Assembly (NCBI GenBank): GCA_965217115.1
Contig: OZ244239.1
Span: 902,392 to 966,391, forward strand
Reading direction: 5' to 3'
Length of the DNA: 64,000 bases
Origin: Bdellovibrionales bacterium
Lineage (GTDB): Bacteria; Bdellovibrionota; Bdellovibrionia; Bdellovibrionales; CAYMLA01
Part shown: positions 17,578 to 27,180 of the stretch, piece by piece
Position numbering within the stretch: position 1 is the stretch's first letter
How the letters are laid out: each line of letters begins with the position of its first letter
Made by a program: the position numbers and the translations under genes
The notes under the pieces: generated by a model
Database searches by the model: none
Told to the model about the DNA's origin: nothing
What the model saw: only the letters and a program-made list of their open reading frames with translations

Positions 17578-18618
17578 TTATCTGCCAGAAGTTAAGTTCT
17601 CTATGTAGGCCTTAAGCCCCCCCCCCGAACAAGGTACACACCCCACCTTACCCACAACAAACCCCGCTGCAAAATTAGACAAAACACAGGAATCTAATAG
17701 TGACAATTGAGCTGCCTTTGCTAACGCTAAAGTTGCTACCACAGTATCCCCCGCCCCCGTCACATCAAAAACCTGACGGGCATAGGTGGGAACAATGTTC
17801 ACTTGTTCTGCGCTGTAAAGAACCATTCCTTCACTTCCCCGAGTTAAAACCAATTCATCGGCGCCTATTTTATCACGAATTCTCTGTCCTAAATTTAAAA
17901 TAGCCTGCTCATCTTGCCAACAACGATCAAAAGATTCTCCCAAAAGAGTTAAACTCTCCTCAAAATTGGGCTTAAATAGATTCGCCCCGCGATAAAAATC
18001 CAGGGGAGTCTCTCGATGGGGGTCAATTAAAACTTGCTTAGAAGATGACTTGGCAATGAGCAAAATTTCTTGAATCAAAGTCTCATTCAACAGTCCTTTG
18101 GCGTAATCCTGTAAAACAACCGCTTGGCACTGATCAATATTATCCTTGATCACTTGCAATATCTTCCTATGAACACTCTCACTGATATCCTGACGACGCT
18201 CATAATCAACGCGCACAATGTGATTATGACCTGTCATAACTCGAGCTTTACGTGTCGTTGGACGGCAGGAGTCTTCCACAAGATATTGACCTTCAATTCC
18301 CTCTCTCTCTAAAATATCACGTAACTTATCAGCTCCTTGGTCCTTTCCAATCACTGAAACAAGAATAGGATAACCCCCCAAACCGACAATATTATGAGCT
18401 ACATTGGCCGCCATCCCCAGACGAGTATCTTCTTTTTTAACCTCTAGAACTGGCACTGGAGCTTCTGGGCTAATTCTGCGCACATCACCAGTGATATATT
18501 CATCCAACCCACAATCACCTACCACTAAGATTCTCTTATCTGACAGAGTTTCAACTTGTTGTAAGAGCTTCGGTAAAAGTTCTTTACCTGGAATAGAGCT
18601 TTGAAAGGGCTTTAACAT
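17578..18618 (-). CDS. hldA: D-glycero-beta-D-manno-heptose-7-phosphate kinase (RfaE domain I type, PfkB family)
   Basis: 'ILVVGDCGLDEYITGDVRRISPEAPVPVL' is the RfaE-kinase hallmark, and 'DVTGAGDTVVATLA' is the PfkB motif. The last ~22 codons are encoded by repeat-related sequence. Confidence 0.85.
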   Translation of the reverse strand: MLKPFQSSIPGKELLPKLLQQVETLSDKRILVVGDCGLDEYITGDVRRISPEAPVPVLEVKKEDTRLGMAANVAHNIVGLGGYPILVSVIGKDQGADKLRDILEREGIEGQYLVEDSCRPTTRKARVMTGHNHIVRVDYERRQDISESVHRKILQVIKDNIDQCQAVVLQDYAKGLLNETLIQEILLIAKSSSKQVLIDPHRETPLDFYRGANLFKPNFEESLTLLGESFDRCWQDEQAILNLGQRIRDKIGADELVLTRGSEGMVLYSAEQVNIVPTYARQVFDVTGAGDTVVATLALAKAAQLSLLDSCVLSNFAAGFVVGKVGCVPCSGGGLKAYIENLTSGR

Positions 18619-18803
18619 CTTATTTGTGTCTCCTTAATTTAAAAACAAACACACTCTCTCACCTTATCAATAAAATGACAGCAACAGTAACAATTTTCCT
18701 CTTTTTTACAAGAAAACCTCTCGACGAAGAAGAAAAATAACAATATCCTTTTGAGTGTTTAATAAAGGTTTTTAAATAGATTCTTCCTTGGAGGAGCTCA
18801 TTC

Positions 18804-20066
18804 ATGGATAAACTACTCAAAGGTCAGTTTTTTGAAAACACCCTCCGCTCACTCGAAAATGCAGGCCGAGTTATCAACATAGACCCCAACGTTATGGAGC
18901 GTCTTAAATATCCTAAAAGATGTATCATTATGAGTATCCCCATCCGCATGGACGACTACAGTGTTAAAGTCTTCACTGGATACCGCGTTCAGCACAACTC
19001 CACACTTGGACCATTTAAAGGGGGTATTCGTTACCATCAAAATGTGACTCTTAGTGAAGTCGCAGCGTTATCCACTCTTATGACTTTTAAGAATTCTCTC
19101 CTAGGTCTTCCTCTAGGAGGAGGTAAGGGTGGCGTGACAGTTGACCCCACGCAGCTCTCTAAGACAGAAAAACAAAATCTCACTCGGCGTTACGCCAGTG
19201 AACTGAGCACCTTTATTGGCCCACGCACAGATATCCCAGCGCCAGATGTTGGAACAACTCCACAAACCATGGCTTGGTTTATGGATACGTACTCTCAAGA
19301 GACAGGCCTTGCACAACCAGGGTGTGTCACTGGAAAACCTGTCGCTATCGGTGGAACTGAAGGTCGGGCTGGCGCCACAGGACTTGGAGTTGTTTACTGC
19401 ACCGAACGAGCCTGGCAGAAATTAGGTCGGAAAATGTCTGAGGTATCAATCGCCATACAGGGTTTTGGAAATGTTGGCCAAAATGCCGCTCTCTATAGCC
19501 ACCGTCTTGGTTCTAAAGTTATCGCTGTCAGTGATGTCTTTGGAGGCTTTTATGACCCTGAAGGACTCGATATACCAGGTATGATCGAATATGCAAAAGC
19601 ATACAAGTCTCTTAAAGGATACTCCAAAGGGGCTGCCATTTCCAACGAAGAACTTCTGCATTTAGACGTAGACTCTCTTTTGCCTTGCGCCCTTGAGGGA
19701 GTGATTCACAAGGATAATTTTGACAAGGTCAAAGCAAAAATGATTGTCGAAGGAGCCAACGGGCCTTGCACTATCGAAGCCAGTAAAGCCCTACGAGAAA
19801 AAAATGTTCACATCATCCCTGATGTTCTTGCCAATGGCGGAGGTGTAGTTGTCAGTTACTTTGAGTGGGTGCAGGATGCCACTTCTTCCCTCTTTTGGGG
19901 AGAAACTGAGGTCAATCGTCGTCTAGAAACCATCATGCACAAAGCATTTGATACAGTTTGGGCATTTTCAGAAGAAAAAAATTTAGATATGAGATTATCC
20001 GCAATGTCCGTTTCTGTTAAACGCCTTGAACGTGCCACTCTTATGCGAGGGCTTTATCCTAGATAA
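18804..20066 (+). CDS. gdh: Glutamate dehydrogenase (Glu/Leu/Phe/Val dehydrogenase family)
   Basis: 420 aa with 'GPFKGGIRYH', 'PLGGGKGGV' and the NAD(P) fold 'IQGFGNVG'. Confidence 0.92.
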   Translation: MDKLLKGQFFENTLRSLENAGRVINIDPNVMERLKYPKRCIIMSIPIRMDDYSVKVFTGYRVQHNSTLGPFKGGIRYHQNVTLSEVAALSTLMTFKNSLLGLPLGGGKGGVTVDPTQLSKTEKQNLTRRYASELSTFIGPRTDIPAPDVGTTPQTMAWFMDTYSQETGLAQPGCVTGKPVAIGGTEGRAGATGLGVVYCTERAWQKLGRKMSEVSIAIQGFGNVGQNAALYSHRLGSKVIAVSDVFGGFYDPEGLDIPGMIEYAKAYKSLKGYSKGAAISNEELLHLDVDSLLPCALEGVIHKDNFDKVKAKMIVEGANGPCTIEASKALREKNVHIIPDVLANGGGVVVSYFEWVQDATSSLFWGETEVNRRLETIMHKAFDTVWAFSEEKNLDMRLSAMSVSVKRLERATLMRGLYPR

Positions 20067-20074
20067 AGTAACTG

Positions 20075-21046
20075 ATGATGCTCTGGTCGTTTGTTCCCCC
20101 AAAAATAGCCCATGACATAGCTCCCTATGCCCTAAAGGCCTATACATTTTTTTCTAAAGCAGAGCCCGTAGCATGTAATTCTTTTTCATGGCGTGGTCTT
20201 CACTTTCCTAATCGCTTAGGGATTGCGGGAGGTGTCGATAAAACAGCTTCGAGTATTATTCCCTGGTGGAAACTCGGTGCTGGTTTTATTGAAGTTGGCA
20301 CTGTCACCCCCCAACCTCAAAAACCCAATTCAGGAAAAATCCTTATTCGTGATGAACAACAAAGAGCTCTGTGGAATAAGATGGGGTTCCCAAGCCCTGG
20401 TTCTGAAACAGTCCTCAAAAATCTTAAAAAAATCCCCTCCAAAAGACTCTCTCCCATCTTTATTAATATTGGCAAAAACCGTCAAACAGAGAGTCACAAC
20501 GCTCATGAAGACTACAGTCAACTCGTTCATTTATTTCAAAACTATGCTGATGCTTTTGTTATCAATATCAGTAGCCCAAATACAGAGGGCTTACGCTCTT
20601 TGCAAGAACCGGAAACTATTCACAAACTCATCTCTCAATGCCAAAAATTCAATAAGAAAAACATTCCAGTTCTTATAAAGTTTAGTCCCGATCTACACAG
20701 AGAAAAACTCAAAGAAAATCTCTTGGCCTCCTTAGAGGCAAATATTGATGGGTGGATTCTAACAAACACCACTACTGATCGTACGAACACCCCTCATCTA
20801 CCCAAGGAAGGGGGTGTTTCAGGCACTCCACTCACTCAACTTTCACGGAAAAAACTCGAAGAAACAATTGATATTTTAGGCACTCAGAAAGAAGGAAAGC
20901 TTCTCATCTCAACAGGAGGCATCATGGGCGCAGAAGAGGCCGATCTTAGATTAGACATGGGTGCTGATCTGATTCAATTCTACTCAGCCCTTGTCTTTAA
21001 AGGGCCTCGTTTTTTTAAAGACGTCACTCAATTTTGGATAAAATAA
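20075..21046 (+). CDS. pyrD: Dihydroorotate dehydrogenase (quinone), class 2
   Basis: 'GIAGGVDK', 'GFIEVGTVTP', 'INISSPNTEGLRSLQ' and 'GGVSGTPL'. Confidence 0.9.
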   Translation: MMLWSFVPPKIAHDIAPYALKAYTFFSKAEPVACNSFSWRGLHFPNRLGIAGGVDKTASSIIPWWKLGAGFIEVGTVTPQPQKPNSGKILIRDEQQRALWNKMGFPSPGSETVLKNLKKIPSKRLSPIFINIGKNRQTESHNAHEDYSQLVHLFQNYADAFVINISSPNTEGLRSLQEPETIHKLISQCQKFNKKNIPVLIKFSPDLHREKLKENLLASLEANIDGWILTNTTTDRTNTPHLPKEGGVSGTPLTQLSRKKLEETIDILGTQKEGKLLISTGGIMGAEEADLRLDMGADLIQFYSALVFKGPRFFKDVTQFWIK

Positions 21047-21120
21047 GTTTTCTTTGATGTCAGCCAGGGCGAGAGCCAGCGTCTGGATTTATGGAGACTC
21101 TCTAGACGTTTAAATATCTC

Positions 21121-21363
21121 TCAACTCCAATCAGGTTCTAATTTTTTCACATCCCTTAGATCAACCAAGCGAGGTTTTAAATCTCTCTCACCAATTCTCT
21201 CTAACATAACAAAACCATTGTCTACGTCTATTTTAGTAATAAAAGCCTGGGAGAATATCTCACCATCCTTGAAATGATAATTCCCCTTCCACCCTTGCTC
21301 AGCACAAAGCTGGGCTTTTTCTAAAATATCAGCTTCTATACCTTCTGTTTTCTTTTCTCTCAA
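21121..21363 (-). CDS. Hypothetical 80-aa protein
   Basis: An isolated ORF filling an intergenic gap. No motif recognised. Confidence 0.4.
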   Translation of the reverse strand: MREKKTEGIEADILEKAQLCAEQGWKGNYHFKDGEIFSQAFITKIDVDNGFVMLERIGERDLKPRLVDLRDVKKLEPDWS

Positions 21364-21423
21364 TGCCTACTCCTTTTAAGTCTCTACATGACATAGTTCT
21401 CTTATTACAGTATCATTTAATAT

Positions 21424-21831
21424 ATGAAAAAGCGTGGACTTTGGATACCTGTTGTTGCTGGTTTCGTTATTAAAAAAGGGCAAATACTCATAGGCGAGCG
21501 TATTATTAAAAATGCAGCCCCTGCATGGGAGTTTCCTGGAGGGAAAATAGAGCTGGGAGAGTCCCCAGAAGAGGCTCTGGCTAGAGAGCTTTTTGAGGAA
21601 CTCTCAATCGAAGCGCAAATTGGAGAACTTAAACTCGCCTGCACCCATACCTACAACGACACAGGAATTATTTTGCTTTTTTTCTCGGTTCCCTACTGGA
21701 AAGGAGAAGTTAAGTTGGATCACTACCAAAAAATCAAATGGGTCGCCCCCAAAGAATTGCGACAACTTCCTATCTTAGAATCTAATAAAAAAGTACTCGA
21801 TCAACTTATTTCGGCCATTGAGGACTCTTAA
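21424..21831 (+). CDS. mutT: NUDIX hydrolase (MutT-like)
   Basis: Nudix box 'GGKIELGESPEEALARELFEELSI'. Confidence 0.85.
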   Translation: MKKRGLWIPVVAGFVIKKGQILIGERIIKNAAPAWEFPGGKIELGESPEEALARELFEELSIEAQIGELKLACTHTYNDTGIILLFFSVPYWKGEVKLDHYQKIKWVAPKELRQLPILESNKKVLDQLISAIEDS

Positions 21832-21851
21832 CGTGGTAAAAAATACGACCT

Positions 21852-23105
21852 ATGACTTCTAAAAAACCATTTCCTACTCAATTTAATGTCTGTATTGTGG
21901 CTGGGAAACTTCCTATCCTAGGACGTGCCGCACAACATGGCTTTCTTTGGCCACTGGCTAAAGGTCTAGCAGATGAAGGCCATAACGTCACTGTTCTCTC
22001 CACAAGAAGTCCATTAAATAGATATAAATTACAAAGAGCCGGGGTTGATATTTATTTTATCAAAGAAAAGGAGAGCTCTTATAAAAATTTACCATTTCCC
22101 GATGGAGTTAAAGAAATTTTTAATCACCTTCATCAAGAATCCCCCTTTCATCTTATTCACAGCATCGATGCCAACGGCTACAAGATTATCAGAGACAAAA
22201 AGCTCTATCGAGTGGCTGCCGCTGTTGATATCGGTGCAACACAAATATCACAGCTTTTTTCAATTCTTGCCATGGCACAAGAAACTTTAGGGAGCCAGTT
22301 AAGCACAAGTTTAGCCATAGCCTACAAATTTATAACGACCTACTACGGCAGAGACAGAAGCATACTTAGAAAAGCCGATGGGATTTTTGTTTCCAGCCCC
22401 CAGCAACGTATCGTACTAGAGAGATACTATCTTTTTCCCGATGCCCGTACCTATACCATTCCCTATAGTATTGAATTAGGGGATCTATCGGCAGATCATG
22501 ACAATAATGCCTTAAGAGAAACACTCGGAGTACCCAAAGAGAGTAAAACAGTTGTTACAATCTCTGATATGAGCGAGTTTGGAGAATTACGCAATTTGCT
22601 TCGAGCTTTTCAAAAAGTTGCCATTAAAAAACCCAGTTCAAGACTTATCATCGTTGGTAACGGTCCTATGTTTAAAAAAGTCGAATATGAAATACTCATT
22701 CTAGCCTTAGGAAGTAAAGTCATTCTAACAGGCGCCGTAAATAACACGGATCTACCGAACTATATTTCTCTCTCCGATGTTTTTGTTAATCTCAGCTCAC
22801 GCACAACAGGTTTTGAATCCAGCATTATCGAAGCCATGGCACAAAAAAAGGTCGTTGTCGGATCCGAAGTAAGCCCTATTTCTAATATTGTTGACGATGG
22901 TATTGACGGCTTTCTTATTAGACCAGCCGATGTCTCATCCCTCTCATCTTTGCTAATAGAAATTTTCACATTGCAATTACCCACGGAAGAGATCGGACAA
23001 AATGCTCGTAAGAAGACGCTTGATTTGTTTGATGCGTCGCGTATGATGGGGCAGCTCGTCGATGCCTACACTCGTATTATTAGATCCACCAACTATTATC
23101 TATGA
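21852..23105 (+). CDS. Glycosyltransferase, GT-B fold (GT4-like)
   Basis: 417 aa. The C-terminal 'GFESSIIEAMAQKKVVVGSEV...DGIDGFLI' is the typical GT1/GT4 E-x7-E region. Confidence 0.85.
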   Translation: MTSKKPFPTQFNVCIVAGKLPILGRAAQHGFLWPLAKGLADEGHNVTVLSTRSPLNRYKLQRAGVDIYFIKEKESSYKNLPFPDGVKEIFNHLHQESPFHLIHSIDANGYKIIRDKKLYRVAAAVDIGATQISQLFSILAMAQETLGSQLSTSLAIAYKFITTYYGRDRSILRKADGIFVSSPQQRIVLERYYLFPDARTYTIPYSIELGDLSADHDNNALRETLGVPKESKTVVTISDMSEFGELRNLLRAFQKVAIKKPSSRLIIVGNGPMFKKVEYEILILALGSKVILTGAVNNTDLPNYISLSDVFVNLSSRTTGFESSIIEAMAQKKVVVGSEVSPISNIVDDGIDGFLIRPADVSSLSSLLIEIFTLQLPTEEIGQNARKKTLDLFDASRMMGQLVDAYTRIIRSTNYYL

Positions 23106-23280
23106 AACACGACCGTATGGTTGTTAATTCCCTACATCGAACACCAGCCCATGTTTTCCCTAGGAATATCAAAATAATATTGGTACAATTTAAGTCTTCT
23201 CAGTGGGTTACAAAGGTTTTTCTCCACTGATAAAATATCATTTATTTACAACCTCTTTTTATTAACTAAGGACAGTGGCC

Positions 23281-23568
23281 ATGACAAAAGCAGACCTTAT
23301 TAATCATATCTCCGAAAAAGCAGGCATCACTCGTGTGAAATCTGAAACTGTTATAAATACCATTTTTGATTCTATGATCGAAGCACTTGTTCGTAATGAT
23401 CGTATTGAAATTCGCGGCTTCGGTTCTTTTGTCAATCGCATTTATGAACCCTATAAAGGACGAAATCCAAGAACAGGTGAAGTTATTAATGTTGGCGAAA
23501 AGAAACTTCCCTTTTTCAAAGTCGGTAAACAATTAAAAGAAACTATTAATAATGAGGGAAAATCTTAA
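23281..23568 (+). CDS. ihfB: Integration host factor beta-like / HU-family DNA-binding protein
   Basis: 'MTKADLI...RIEIRGFGSF...GRNPRTGE' closely parallels IhfB. ATG 23281 has SD 'aagga' 8 nt upstream. Confidence 0.85.
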   Translation: MTKADLINHISEKAGITRVKSETVINTIFDSMIEALVRNDRIEIRGFGSFVNRIYEPYKGRNPRTGEVINVGEKKLPFFKVGKQLKETINNEGKS

Positions 23569-24538
23569 ACTCTCTCATATCGTCAATTCCCATAATCACC
23601 ATAAACAACCTTTCCAACCCCAGTGCGATGCCAGAGGAATCCGGCATTCCCTCTCTGAGAGCTTGAATAAAGTCCTCATCTATTGGAACAGGTTCCTTTC
23701 CCAAGCGTTTTCTTATTTCTAAGTCCTTTTTAAATCTTTTTACCTGTTCATCAGGATCAACTAATTCATAAAAAGCATTGGCAATTTCAACCCCTTGACA
23801 ATAAAACTCGAACCTCTGTGCCCAGCCATCAGCTCCAATCTTCGCCAATGCTGCCATAGAGGGGGGGAAATTTGATATAAAGACTCCTTGTTGGCCTTTT
23901 AAATAAGGTTCTATTTTTTCTAAAAAAGCCCGAAAGAACAAATCATCCCACTCATCATCTTCTTTGAAATTAATAGATAAGCTCTCTAATAACTGTCTCA
24001 AATCCTCTTCAGAAGTGTGTGGGAATAAGTGAAAATCTAACACTTTTTGGAATAACGAAGCCATTGTTTCAAATTGAATAAAGCTTATAGCCGACCCTGC
24101 TATTTGTTCTACTTCCCTTCTCTTCGCCCACTCTTGGGAACTTCTTAATAAGAGTTCAACGTCTTTCTGTAAACTCTCTAAGTCCTCATCGACTCGATAC
24201 CATTCTAGCATAGTGAACTCTGGTTGATGATAACGCCCAAACTCCCCATTGCGAAAACACTTTTTTATTTCAAAGACTTTTTTCCAACCTGCAACAAGAA
24301 GCCTCTTTAAATGAAACTCCGGACTTGTTGGTAGATATTTAATAAAAACACTGCCATTTGAATGTAATTGAGTCTTAAACGGCTCTAAGTAAGGCTCTAA
24401 CCCCGGAGAACTTACCAGTGTCGGAGTTTCTGCCTGTGAGAACTGATGGGAGATAAAAAACTCCCTAACATGAGCTTGAAACGCCATCCAAAGATCATGT
24501 TTCTCTTTCTTTCCATAGATTTGTTTAAAATCTTCCAT
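23546..24538 (-). CDS. epmA: EF-P lysine aminoacylase (class II LysRS paralogue)
   Basis: 'FRNGEFGRYHQPEFTMLEWY' and 'GIALGLERL'. The 330-aa length fits EpmA/GenX. Confidence 0.85.
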   Translation of the reverse strand: MEDFKQIYGKKEKHDLWMAFQAHVREFFISHQFSQAETPTLVSSPGLEPYLEPFKTQLHSNGSVFIKYLPTSPEFHLKRLLVAGWKKVFEIKKCFRNGEFGRYHQPEFTMLEWYRVDEDLESLQKDVELLLRSSQEWAKRREVEQIAGSAISFIQFETMASLFQKVLDFHLFPHTSEEDLRQLLESLSINFKEDDEWDDLFFRAFLEKIEPYLKGQQGVFISNFPPSMAALAKIGADGWAQRFEFYCQGVEIANAFYELVDPDEQVKRFKKDLEIRKRLGKEPVPIDEDFIQALREGMPDSSGIALGLERLFMVIMGIDDMREFKIFPHY

Positions 24539-24547
24539 TAATTGAAG

Positions 24548-26209
24548 CTATTTTCCCTGAAATTCATAGTTAAAGGATAGGTAGATTCCCCAGTTAAGTT
24601 CAGACAGCTTACCATTCATAAATTGAGTTCTTATTTTTTTAACACGAATCCCACCTACAAAAAAGCGACCTCTTTCAAGGTTCAAACGAACTCCAGCACG
24701 ATAACCAAAGGAGTAGCTCTCCAGTGGGCGACCTCCTGATACACTTGCAAAAATCGGCCAACCTAATAAAAATTCATTCACCATTAATGTTTTAGGCCAA
24801 AGAGGAAAAGTCACTACGCCACCAAAAAGTGGTGATACACGGGAGAGAGAAGAAAGTCCACTTGGATTCGACTCACTCTCATCAGATGTGGCAGAGTAAA
24901 CATCATAACCTAGCCCTGCCTGCCAATTAATAAAATATTCATCCCCTTTCCTCCAAGGACGTGTGTAAAAAAACTCTGATAACAAAAATGTCGTTTTCTG
25001 ATTTAAAGAAGTTGATGACGAACTTGACTGGTTACCAAAACCAACTAAACCTCTTCCCAACCAAGAGCCTCTGCCTAAGGATATCTGCAAAAAAGGACTT
25101 GTCTCTAAATGATAATCCATCGCAGATAATTCACTTGTATCCACGAAAGTGTCAATAGAGATCCATTTAACCCCCGCCTGCACCCACCAAGACTTATTGT
25201 GTAGATTTTTTTCTTCAAAGAGAAACACTGACTTCTTAGATAAACGCACCTTCATAAAAGGCTTTAATCCCGCATCTTTCTTTTTAAGTCTTCCGTGGAT
25301 TTGCTTTCCATCCACTCTCATTATTTTTAGAACCCCTCGCCTTCGAGCTTCTTTTTGTAGAATGAGCCCTTCTGGCGAAAACTCTAAAATTTCTAAATAA
25401 TCTCCTCTCTTGAGGTTTGTCTTTAAATTTAATGTTGCAACAGCCTTGTCTCCCGTTATTTTTGTTAAAAAACCATCAAAGGGAATTGCTTTTACCAATG
25501 AACGTACAATTTGAATAACTATTTTTCTACGCCCTTTCTTGGCTGTATCTCGCGGAAATTTTAATTGCCATTGAGCTAACTCCACATTTTTTTGTGAACT
25601 AATAATTTTCATATATAATGTTTTTTTTCTTATTTGGAAAAGCACTAACCCCACATTTTCTCTCAATGCTTTGTTTTTCCATTTTCCTAGGATATAGGGC
25701 CGGCGTGAAATTTTTATTTTCAATGGCGCTTGTTTTTTTAACGACTTAAAAATGATTCTTTGTAACGGCCATAGCTTTCTACGCCATTTTTTCTTGATCA
25801 CACTATCAGCTAAGGAGATGTCTATGGGAGTTAAAATCAGAGATTCCAAGGCACTGACTCTTGGAGCAATGAAATCAGCAGAGCCTTCTATGAAACCTTT
25901 CTCAGCTTCGCTTTCATCCTCAAAAGCCGTTAATTTTTCTTCTTCTGCGTTTAACGAAAATTCCTCATTTTTTTTTACACTCTCTTCTGATTCTTCTTCA
26001 TCAATGCCTAGATTTTTTAGCTCCTCATTACTCAACTCGTCATTACTCAACTCGTCATTGTTCAACTCGTCATTGTTCAAATCATCAACATATTCAATAT
26101 CCTCTAACGCTTGAGCCTTTAATTCATGGCATGAAAATCCATACCAAAAAACAGTCACAGCAAAAACATGTAATAATATCTTTAATCTACTCTTTGCCAC
26201 TTTCACCAC
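24548..26209 (-). CDS. Secreted/envelope protein of unknown function with acidic pentapeptide repeats
   Basis: 553 aa. Signal-like N-terminus, 'NDELNNDELSNDELSNEEL' (15-bp tandem repeats around 26030-26085) and a beta-rich C-terminal half. Confidence 0.6.
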   Translation of the reverse strand: MVKVAKSRLKILLHVFAVTVFWYGFSCHELKAQALEDIEYVDDLNNDELNNDELSNDELSNEELKNLGIDEEESEESVKKNEEFSLNAEEEKLTAFEDESEAEKGFIEGSADFIAPRVSALESLILTPIDISLADSVIKKKWRRKLWPLQRIIFKSLKKQAPLKIKISRRPYILGKWKNKALRENVGLVLFQIRKKTLYMKIISSQKNVELAQWQLKFPRDTAKKGRRKIVIQIVRSLVKAIPFDGFLTKITGDKAVATLNLKTNLKRGDYLEILEFSPEGLILQKEARRRGVLKIMRVDGKQIHGRLKKKDAGLKPFMKVRLSKKSVFLFEEKNLHNKSWWVQAGVKWISIDTFVDTSELSAMDYHLETSPFLQISLGRGSWLGRGLVGFGNQSSSSSTSLNQKTTFLLSEFFYTRPWRKGDEYFINWQAGLGYDVYSATSDESESNPSGLSSLSRVSPLFGGVVTFPLWPKTLMVNEFLLGWPIFASVSGGRPLESYSFGYRAGVRLNLERGRFFVGGIRVKKIRTQFMNGKLSELNWGIYLSFNYEFQGK

Positions 26210-26427
26210 TCAACTTCGCATTTACATATTTTAGGGCGTGTAAGCTCTACCATTCATCAAACAATACCATGAATATTCACTCTCAAGCAAAGCAAAGAAG
26301 ACAATAAAGCTCCCTAATCATCAGTGTCAATGCCATGAAATTAGACTTGAACTCGCTATTCTTTCTGCTACCATTCCTAAGTAAAAACACCTCTGAATGT
26401 TTGCAATAAGAGAAAAGGAGTGCTTTT

Positions 26428-26952
26428 TTGAAACTGTCTCTTTATATTATTCTTCTCCTCTTACTCCCATCCAGTGCCTACTCTGTTAAAATAAAAAAAG
26501 GAGATGTTTTTCCAACTTTTAAACTGAAAACTCTGGATAATCTAAAAGAGTTTTCTCTGGAAGATTTCAAAGGGAAAGTTGTCGTTTTAGACCTTTGGGC
26601 CCATTGGTGCGCCCCTTGCCTGGAAGCAATGCCTGAATTGGTAAAGTTACAAACAAAATACGGCCTCCATGGCTTACAGGTTGTTGGTGTTAACGTCGAT
26701 CACAAAATCCCTAAAGCCATTGAATTTGTTAAGAAATTCCGTCCTAATTTCCCCATTGTTCATGATAAATCACAGAAATATTTGAAAAAAATTAACATAC
26801 AGGTTCTTCCAACGACTTTTATTTTAGACCACAAACTAAGGCTCAAGGCTCTATTTAGAGGGTATGGCTCTAGTACGAAGAAAAATCTAGAGAGACAAAT
26901 CAAAAAATTGCTACAGCAAGTCCCTCTATCCCCACCCGTGGGAAAGAAATGA
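26428..26952 (+). CDS. TlpA-like periplasmic thiol:disulfide oxidoreductase (redoxin)
   Basis: Signal peptide and 'WAHWCAPC' CxxC motif. TTG start with SD 'aaggag' 8 nt upstream. Confidence 0.85.
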   Translation: MKLSLYIILLLLLPSSAYSVKIKKGDVFPTFKLKTLDNLKEFSLEDFKGKVVVLDLWAHWCAPCLEAMPELVKLQTKYGLHGLQVVGVNVDHKIPKAIEFVKKFRPNFPIVHDKSQKYLKKINIQVLPTTFILDHKLRLKALFRGYGSSTKKNLERQIKKLLQQVPLSPPVGKK

Positions 26953-26982
26953 TCTAAAACAGAGCCATATCCAAACTGAAAT

Positions 26983-27010
26983 GCGCTCTAAAGGATTTGA
27001 GCGCTTTTCT
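26983..27010 (+). terminator. Rho-independent terminator candidate
   Basis: Stem GCGCTC / GAGCGC with a 10-nt loop, followed by TTTTCT, 30 nt after the 26952 stop. Confidence 0.5.
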
Positions 27011-27180
27011 GAACAAATAACAGCAAATCGACAGACTCTCAAGCGACCCTAAGCCCCTCTTCACAGCCCATTCCTTCACCCCTTTAATTTTGTAAATTTA
27101 TATATATATGCTCTTTTTTCACTTATTTTCTTCTCATTTTCACTATTTCCACGTATTTAATGCTTTAAGAGAACCTTACC

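Noticed and set aside
14174-17608. Classical integron attC sites / CALIN
   Set aside because: The tail contains GTTAAGT, which fits GTTRRRY. However, the inverted-repeat ends of H run 5'-GGTTC...GAACC-3', the opposite polarity to R''(RYYYAAC)...R'(GTTRRRY). I found no matching R'' box and there is no intI. The cassette-like organisation is still reported as a finding pending a covariance-model search.
11196-17640. CRISPR array interpretation of the recurring H element
   Set aside because: The repeat unit is 113 bp and is itself a long hairpin. Spacing is irregular (0.2 to 3 kb) and the intervals contain full genes. No cas genes are present.
20223-20678. 151-aa ORF overlapping pyrD in another frame, and similar internal or antisense ORFs throughout (for example 923-1234, 28089-28651, 49710-50078, 53002-53301)
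   Set aside because: They lie entirely within strongly supported conserved genes and have no motifs. They are typical spurious ORFs.
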